Shown here piece by piece: positions 58,289 through 64,000 of a DNA stretch of 64,000 bases. Source of the stretch: Candidatus Harrisonbacteria bacterium (GTDB lineage Bacteria > Patescibacteriota > Minisyncoccia > UBA6257 > UBA11618). The stretch spans positions 6,835 through 70,834 of the forward strand of contig VGJO01000002.1 of the NCBI GenBank assembly GCA_016867415.1, given 5' to 3'. Numbering within the stretch: position 1 is the stretch's first letter; each line of letters starts with the position of its first letter. Both the position numbers and the translations under genes were made by a program. The notes under the pieces are model-generated. The model had not been told where the DNA came from and searched no databases. It worked only from the letters and a program-made list of their open reading frames with translations.

Positions 58289-59035
58289 TCAAGCCTTTTC
58301 GTTTGCGAGTCCAAGAGGCTGCAAAGACATCACTTGAAGGGACTCCATAGCCTCCGGATTCATCACAAAGGGATACCCCTCTACCGTGATGAGGATCATT
58401 TGCCCCAAAAAGTGGTCAAGAAAGTCCTTAGCCGCTTTAAGCCGCTTTTCAGGTGGGATCTCATAGTCAAAGACTATTTTCTCCATACCCGCAAGCTGGT
58501 GATCACACCCGCACGAGTGAAAAAGCACATGACCCTCGTTTCGTCGGGCAAGGTAGCTCTGTACATGGAAGAAGAAGGGATAGTTAATCCCAAAGGCGTG
58601 CAGAGCCGCGTCGCAGATGTACCAGGGGTGGAGTAACCACGGCTGGATATTGAGGATACTATCCTCCTGCGTCGGATCTGGCCGCACACCCACCGAAGCA
58701 AGTGTGTCCCAAAAGATGGCGGGAATAATATTTCCCCACTGAGCCGCAAGCTCCGACACTGCCGAGAGATGTCGGGTCTGAATCCCTCGGATGAAAGAAT
58801 TATCTTTCGGAATTTCAAATCGACTTGCCTGAAAAGCTCCAGGCAAATAACTCCGTCCGAGAGTTTTGAGAAACTCCCAGGCTTGCTCCCCACGCCCTTG
58901 CCGCTCCTCATTAATGGCAAACCGCCGCACTCGCTCAAAGATGAGTGGGGGAAATTCCGATTGCTCAAGATACTGCCAAGGGTCAGGAAGAGTGACACTT
59001 TGTCGCGGATCGACCGACGTCCACTGAAGATTCAT
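58289..59035 (-). CDS. hypothetical orphan protein
   Basis: 248-aa ORF with TAAGGA SD, boxA-like GTTCTTTTAA and promoter TTGCAA-N17-TATTCT (59105-59133). Confidence 0.65.
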   Translation of the reverse strand: MNLQWTSVDPRQSVTLPDPWQYLEQSEFPPLIFERVRRFAINEERQGRGEQAWEFLKTLGRSYLPGAFQASRFEIPKDNSFIRGIQTRHLSAVSELAAQWGNIIPAIFWDTLASVGVRPDPTQEDSILNIQPWLLHPWYICDAALHAFGINYPFFFHVQSYLARRNEGHVLFHSCGCDHQLAGMEKIVFDYEIPPEKRLKAAKDFLDHFLGQMILITVEGYPFVMNPEAMESLQVMSLQPLGLANEKA

Positions 59036-59672
59036 GAGATCTTTTCCTTAAAAGAACTGTCTTGAAAGTAACGCGGGTTTCCCCGCACTAACACACCAGC
59101 CATAAGAATAGCAAATCATAATAATTATTGCAAGTCACTTGCATTTGTAGTCGACTCCCTTCATGTACCGCACATCACACATTCTCCCCTATCCGGCTAA
59201 AAGTCCGCCGCACCCGCGGCCGGCAAGCCCTCCTTGCAATAATGAAATCCACCAAAAAACCATCTTAGAAAGAGAGCCCAGCTCTCATCACCATCAATCG
59301 GCCATATTCATATCTCCCCCTCTAGGACTTTCTTCATCAAGGTATAATTAACAAGATTGTAGCGAGTAAAAAATAAAGTCCTCTACTAGCTCATCTCGGA
59401 AAGTTATCTCCACCATCACATGATCTGCAAGAATTATGGCCTGATCAAACAGATAAAAAACTGAGCCTCCACCGCGCTCGACAAAAACACTCTAAAAACA
59501 AAAGATTTTTCCACCATCCGACATCACTCTCTTGAATTTTTCGGCCTCTGCCGCAAGTGCGCCCGTAATTAATCACCTAATCCAGCTTGACTTCTTTCTT
59601 TTCCGTAATCTCCTAAATTCACTTCTCTATGTTTTTTAATTTATCTCTTTATAGAAATTATCCTCAGTAAAA

Positions 59673-60557
59673 TTATAAAATTAAATTACTTCCTTCCTTC
59701 ACTTTCTCCCCCGCTTTTTGGATTTTTGTAAGCACTAATTTCCCGCTTTCATCGAGCCGTGAACCGAGGAGTTTCACCCGCTCATCACTCTCATTCACTG
59801 TGAAAGCCCCGGGCTCGAGGTGCAGGGCCCGAATTATATTATGAATCTTATTCGCCTTTTCTCCCCCGTTTTCGATCGCATCCCGCACATCATAGATGAG
59901 AATGAAGCCGTCCTCCGTCTGAATCTTTTTGGTAAGCGTCGCCCTCTCCTCGCTCTGTCTATGCGGCGCGATCCCCCCGGCCCTATATAGAGGCAGTGCC
60001 TCAACAAGGGCCTCCAACGAGGCCTGAGCAAGCTTTTGCTCCAGACTTTCATAAGTATCGCTCTTAGCTATCTCTACTCGTCTCTGGGCCAAAATACCCC
60101 CAGTATCCACGCCAGCATTAAGCACAAAGACCGATGTCCCCGTCTCTGTCTCCCCATTCATAATCGCGGTCTGGATCGGCGTCGCCCCCCGATATTTAGG
60201 AAGCATAGACGGATGCACCCCCACTACACCCTTCGGCGGCAACTCCACGAGCCACTGTGGCAATATCCGCCCATAGGCCGCAAGCACAAAACACTCCGCC
60301 TGGAGGCTCTCAAGCTCCTGCGAAAAACTCGCATCAAACTCCATCGGGGTAAAAATCTTGATCCCTACCCCCAGCTTCTCATTCATCTCCAAGGCCGCCT
60401 GCTTCACAAGAGATGGGGTAAGCACTTTCTTCTTCCCCTTCAAAGCATCCGGCGCAGTCACTATAGCCTGTGGCACCAGCCCCTTGCTAATCAGCCCCCG
60501 AAAAATCACCTCCGCAAACCTCGGCGTCCCAAAAAACACATACTTCATCCCCTCCAT
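59673..60557 (-). CDS. fmt: methionyl-tRNA formyltransferase
   Basis: VFFGTP.FA, AAYG.IL, HPSMLPKYRGATPIQ, DTG. Confidence 0.96.
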   Translation of the reverse strand: MEGMKYVFFGTPRFAEVIFRGLISKGLVPQAIVTAPDALKGKKKVLTPSLVKQAALEMNEKLGVGIKIFTPMEFDASFSQELESLQAECFVLAAYGRILPQWLVELPPKGVVGVHPSMLPKYRGATPIQTAIMNGETETGTSVFVLNAGVDTGGILAQRRVEIAKSDTYESLEQKLAQASLEALVEALPLYRAGGIAPHRQSEERATLTKKIQTEDGFILIYDVRDAIENGGEKANKIHNIIRALHLEPGAFTVNESDERVKLLGSRLDESGKLVLTKIQKAGEKVKEGSNLIL

Positions 60558-60617
60558 ACTACTTTCCCTTCAAAAAATTATCAAAATAGTGCTGCCATAA
60601 ACAACAAAACAAAAGAG

Positions 60618-60648
60618 CTGGATTCCGGCTCGGGGTCCGGAATGATAA
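60618..60648. repeat. GTCATTCC-type REP-like half element
   Basis: ctggattccggctcggggtccggaatgataa. Confidence 0.55.
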
Positions 60649-60690
60649 CCTCTCATATTTTCATCCACTAAGAAAAATTTCAAAAAACAG

Positions 60691-60826
60691 AGAAGTTTTG
60701 GAGGATTTTTTTTCGAAGGGCTAGACGCCTCCGAGTACCGCGACCAAGATGCACATAAGGGAAATACTTCGCGGGAGCGGACGGAGGAGGCAACAACGCC
60801 ATTCGGAAAAAAGACCTAAAAATCCT
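60691..60826 (+). repeat. dispersed palindromic element, divergent copy K
   Basis: ttttggaggattttttttcgaa...aacgccattcggaaaaaagacctaaaaatcc. Confidence 0.6.
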
Positions 60827-61805
60827 AGAATCGAGCTTTAATATATGTGCCTGCTTCGGAGACAGTTAACGCCGTCGTTGAATTCCCCGTCCTGATATAA
60901 AAATATTCCTCCCCATTATACTGCAAATACGCCGGTTGATCCGACAGCCCCACCTTGATAAGACAGAGTTCCTTATCCTCCGCCTTTAAGAAATAAAATT
61001 TTACAAACCGACGAAACTCTGCCCCAATCGTCTCCCGAAAAAGAATCGTAAAGTAATTTTCAAAGCCGTCCGAATTTTTTTTCTTCAGACTTTCATAGTC
61101 CTGCAAGAGTCCCAAGACCTCCCCTTGATCCGTGACCCCGATGAGTACCTGACCGCCATGCGTGTTTAAAAACGCCGCCACCGTTTTAAGAACTGAGTAC
61201 TCCAAAGCACTATTCACCTTCCCGAGCTTCATATCCCACCGAAATGTTGATTTGAATTCCAGATCCTCCCGCTCTCTTTCATGCAAGAGCTTCCCTAAAT
61301 CAATTTCTTTTTTCTCCTCTCGTTTATTTTCGATATTCAGCCGATGCGCAATAAGCTTTGCAGTATACTTCGGACTCTGGATATACCCCATTGCCACCGT
61401 CTGCTTATCATCTTTATCTTGTATCACCACCGTTCCATAGCGAAACATCCCGCCAAAATACTGGGCATGATGATAGGTCTTAATCGGCGGCTCAAATTTA
61501 TAAATATCTCTCTTCTTAAAAAAAACTCCCCGCTCATGAATAATAAGCCGCGGATAAACAGCATAAGTCTCCGAAAGCCACCGGAACACCGCAAACAAGA
61601 AAAGAAACGCTTCAAAGAGGATAATCCCCGTTATTTTGAGGATATCGTAAGAAATGTAGTCGTATAGATTAAAAGTCTGAAAAAGCTCGTTATAATTTGC
61701 CAAAAAACCAAGAAAAAAATACCCAAGAATCGCCAAAAGCTGATATAAGACAAGGTCCCGAATAATGACTATTGGATTCTTCTTCACGAGCAGTGGCCTA
61801 GTCAT
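60825..61805 (-). CDS. 2xTM + bacterial PH + Schlafen/AlbA_2 domain protein
   Basis: ERGVF..FRYGTVVI (bPH_2-like); EREDLEFKS, AFLNTHGG.VLIGVTD, YIRTGNST. Confidence 0.85.
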   Translation of the reverse strand: MTRPLLVKKNPIVIIRDLVLYQLLAILGYFFLGFLANYNELFQTFNLYDYISYDILKITGIILFEAFLFLFAVFRWLSETYAVYPRLIIHERGVFFKKRDIYKFEPPIKTYHHAQYFGGMFRYGTVVIQDKDDKQTVAMGYIQSPKYTAKLIAHRLNIENKREEKKEIDLGKLLHEREREDLEFKSTFRWDMKLGKVNSALEYSVLKTVAAFLNTHGGQVLIGVTDQGEVLGLLQDYESLKKKNSDGFENYFTILFRETIGAEFRRFVKFYFLKAEDKELCLIKVGLSDQPAYLQYNGEEYFYIRTGNSTTALTVSEAGTYIKARF

Positions 61806-61883
61806 GCAAAAACAATATCAGAAACCTATCCGAAGATAAAGATGCATAGAAACTCTCCTAAAAATATTACAAAGCTCATAAGG

Positions 61884-62020
61884 CGTGTCAGTTACGCGAA
61901 GTATTTTTGGATGGAGTTTGCGATTTATTTCCGAGGAGCCACCGCAGTGTACTAAGAGCTAGGTACATGAGGAGGTACCATAGGAAAAAATCGAAAAATC
62001 CGCCAAAAGTACGAGTGCCC
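61884..62020 (+). repeat. dispersed palindromic element, copy L (best preserved)
   Basis: near-identical to 23017-23153. Confidence 0.92.
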
Positions 62021-62027
62021 TTACATA

Positions 62028-62798
62028 CTACCTATGCCACAGCTGATCCTTTTCGAGAGTAGAGTAAGAAACCTCATCTATCAGTACCCCCTCCGCATTA
62101 TAAAGAAGCACCGAATTATCTTTATATGCCAGAGCGCTCGATTTATTACTATATCTGAGATCCGCCTTCCCCGCATACTCGCTATGCGCTACGATAAAAT
62201 ACCCTCTCGGCCCAATATCTCCACTGAAAGCTTCCTTAGCCACGAGATTACTCATAATCCCACTCTTTGTTTTCTTTTTTAAAGCAAATCCCTTAAGACT
62301 GACCACTTCGTTGCTATCATTAAAAAACCGCACATACTCCGCATCCGCATTCGTCTCCGATCCAGCCATAAGTTCAAGTATTCTTATTGAGGAAGAACTA
62401 ATGACGTTTGAAGTGCTACTAGTACTCACAGTACTCGTCGGACTCGTACTCGCATAATCCGTCACTTTATAAGAAATTATGGGCAGTGCCGAGGCCTGCA
62501 CTCCCGTCCCAAACTCCGCCATGTTTTTTTGACTAGCTGGAGCAATGTCAGTGGACCGAGGCTCTGCCTTAGCTACCAACACCTGAGCCTCTTCCTCTCT
62601 TTTTAGATTCACTACTACCTTCTCTTCTTTCTTATCCTGATCCTTTTCTCCCAATATCTGCGACAATTTCTCCTCCCCTTCTCGCTTTGAAAGCATCTCT
62701 GTCTGTGCGATAAGCCACTCTCTAAAACCCGGCATAAAAAAGACCACTCCCACCTCAACCAAAACCAGCGCCCCTAAAATACCAACAAAAAACTTCAT
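62028..62798 (-). CDS. membrane-anchored lamin-tail-domain protein
   Basis: IRILELM, EYVRFFN..VSLKGF.L, V.LYN..G..IDEVSY. Confidence 0.8.
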   Translation of the reverse strand: MKFFVGILGALVLVEVGVVFFMPGFREWLIAQTEMLSKREGEEKLSQILGEKDQDKKEEKVVVNLKREEEAQVLVAKAEPRSTDIAPASQKNMAEFGTGVQASALPIISYKVTDYASTSPTSTVSTSSTSNVISSSSIRILELMAGSETNADAEYVRFFNDSNEVVSLKGFALKKKTKSGIMSNLVAKEAFSGDIGPRGYFIVAHSEYAGKADLRYSNKSSALAYKDNSVLLYNAEGVLIDEVSYSTLEKDQLWHR

Positions 62799-62844
62799 AC
62801 AATTATCAGATTTATATTTAAAAACGAATAAGTAGATTTAAGTA

Positions 62845-62959
62845 AAGTAATTTTGGAGAATTTTTCGATTTTCTTTTCGAGCAGCGAGCGGAGCATACTC
62901 CAGAAAGTCTGTGAGCACACAGCGCAGAAAAAAAATCAAAAAGACCCAAAAGTACGAGT
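62845..62959 (+). repeat. dispersed palindromic element, copy M
   Basis: aagtaattttgga..tttttcgattttc..ggagcatac..gtctgtgag..gcgcagaaaaaaaatcaaaaagacccaaaagtacgagt. Confidence 0.85.
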
Positions 62960-62960
62960 T

Positions 62961-63818
62961 TCATGGCTTAATATCTAACACTATTCTTTTAGTCTTGTGA
63001 AGATCTGTTCTATAGATAAGAGCATCACTACTCGCCAAAAGCTCCAAGACCTCCGACGTTGGATGTCCATAATTATTCTTACCCACCTCGATCACTGCTA
63101 CCTTGGGCGCAACTTTTTTTACAAATACTTCCGCCGAAGAATTCCGCGAGCCATGATGTGCCACCTTTAATATGTCCACAGTAAGATCTGGGTACTTCTC
63201 TATAATCCGTTTTTCCGTCTCTTTCCCGATATCCGCGGTAAAAAGCACTCGCCGCCCCGTCCCCGAGGTATAAAGCATCACTATCCCCGCTTCATTCGTC
63301 CCCTTCGCGCGTAAAGCCTGTATATCTGGCATAAGAATATCAATCCGTTCCTCCCGATAGCGAATCTTATCTCCCGCCCGTAAGCTAATCGATTGCTTCG
63401 CCTTTTTCTCTGCAGTGGCAAGAAGTTTCTTATATGTTGATTTCTCGACCATCACCCCATTTCCCGCAAACACTCCCGCTTCGTAGACATCAAAAAGCGG
63501 CAAAAGCCCGCCATAATGATCATAATCCGGATGCGTCGCTATCACTACATCGATGTATGGGGTAGGAATAGTCTGTTCACTCAAGCGATCAATAATCTTC
63601 CGATCCCGTCCGCCATCAATCAGTATCCTGACAAATCCTCCCTCACCATCCGGCATCTCAATCATCTCCGCGTCTCCCTGGCCCACATCAAAAAAGACTA
63701 CTCGCGGCAAACCATCCGAAAAAATCTGCGGCGAGAAAAAAGACACTCCTAAAAAAAGATCGAGGAAAAAAAGACCGCTCAAAATTACAGCCACCTGTCT
63801 TTTTTCAAGTCTAATCAT
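62961..63818 (-). CDS. ComEC-associated metallo-beta-lactamase-fold nuclease
   Basis: FDVGQGD, LIDGG, THPDYDH, LKVAHHGS, NNYGHP. Confidence 0.93.
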   Translation of the reverse strand: MIRLEKRQVAVILSGLFFLDLFLGVSFFSPQIFSDGLPRVVFFDVGQGDAEMIEMPDGEGGFVRILIDGGRDRKIIDRLSEQTIPTPYIDVVIATHPDYDHYGGLLPLFDVYEAGVFAGNGVMVEKSTYKKLLATAEKKAKQSISLRAGDKIRYREERIDILMPDIQALRAKGTNEAGIVMLYTSGTGRRVLFTADIGKETEKRIIEKYPDLTVDILKVAHHGSRNSSAEVFVKKVAPKVAVIEVGKNNYGHPTSEVLELLASSDALIYRTDLHKTKRIVLDIKP

Positions 63819-63822
63819 ATTT

Positions 63823-63999
63823 TTATTCTATTGGTCTGGTGCCCAAAACCCAATCTTTCTTTATAAAAAATATCGCCAGTAAAAGATAATAAAGAACAAA
63901 GATCGGAAATGGCAATGGTATATCTAAAGAAAAACTATGCGCACTGAAAAAATCCGCCAAGAGAAAAAAGAATCGGAAAGGCAATTCCAAAAGAAGCCA
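63823..63999 (-). CDS. 3' end of hydrophobic membrane protein, probably ComEC/Rec2
   Basis: WLLLELPF...PIFVLYYLLLAIF..RPIE*; directly upstream of ComEC-type MBL gene. Confidence 0.6.
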   Translation of the reverse strand, partial: WLLLELPFRFFFLLADFFSAHSFSLDIPLPFPIFVLYYLLLAIFFIKKDWVLGTRPIE

Positions 64000-64000
64000 T

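Noticed and set aside
59163-59672. Short ORF and gap between the orphan and fmt
   Set aside because: Low-complexity C-rich sequence; no convincing frame or structure found.
18818-62959. Dispersed repeats as a CRISPR array or integron attC sites
   Set aside because: Not tandem with spacers, no cas or integrase gene, no RYYYAAC/GTTRRRY ends, and they flank essential core genes.
1-64000. Alternative genetic code (TGA=Gly/Trp) or intein/intron insertions
   Set aside because: Conserved genes are uninterrupted under code 11, several end in TGA, and none is enlarged.

Overview
Core-genome segment of a small-genome bacterium with Patescibacteria (CPR, Parcubacteria-like) traits: uL30 absent from the spc cluster, shortened uL3/uL5/PGK/DnaX, mostly SD-less starts, tRNA-Arg(UCG), and TGA used as stop. 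1-24.2 kb is almost all + strand: str/S10/spc ribosomal cluster through secY-adk-map, then greA, lysS, alr, ftsQ-like, ychF. 24.2-64 kb is mostly - strand: gltX, a fragmented dcw cluster, scpAB, dnaX, lexA, bcp, rnpB, rnhA, rpmA, pgk, rplI, an S41 protease, def, a DEAD-box helicase, msrA, fmt, a ComEC locus and three tRNAs. No CRISPR, rRNA or intact transposase/integrase was seen. The most interesting signals are not in the ORF list. (1) A dispersed family of about 14 full or partial ~90-190 nt imperfect-palindromic intergenic elements with a covarying inner stem, nearly all on the same strand and abutting gene boundaries. (2) A class of solitary orphan transcription units sharing the layout sigma70 promoter, boxA-like motif, SD, orphan ORF, terminator, in a genome whose housekeeping genes mostly lack SD; one encodes a single-chain tandem CsrA. 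(3) One unit of that class has no ORF and looks like a ~330-nt structured ncRNA. Also notable: a TM-bPH-Schlafen fusion, an RNase P RNA with an unusual 48-nt perfect palindrome, a dif-like site, and a strong window-wide C-rich + strand. All calls are by eye; no database searches were run.
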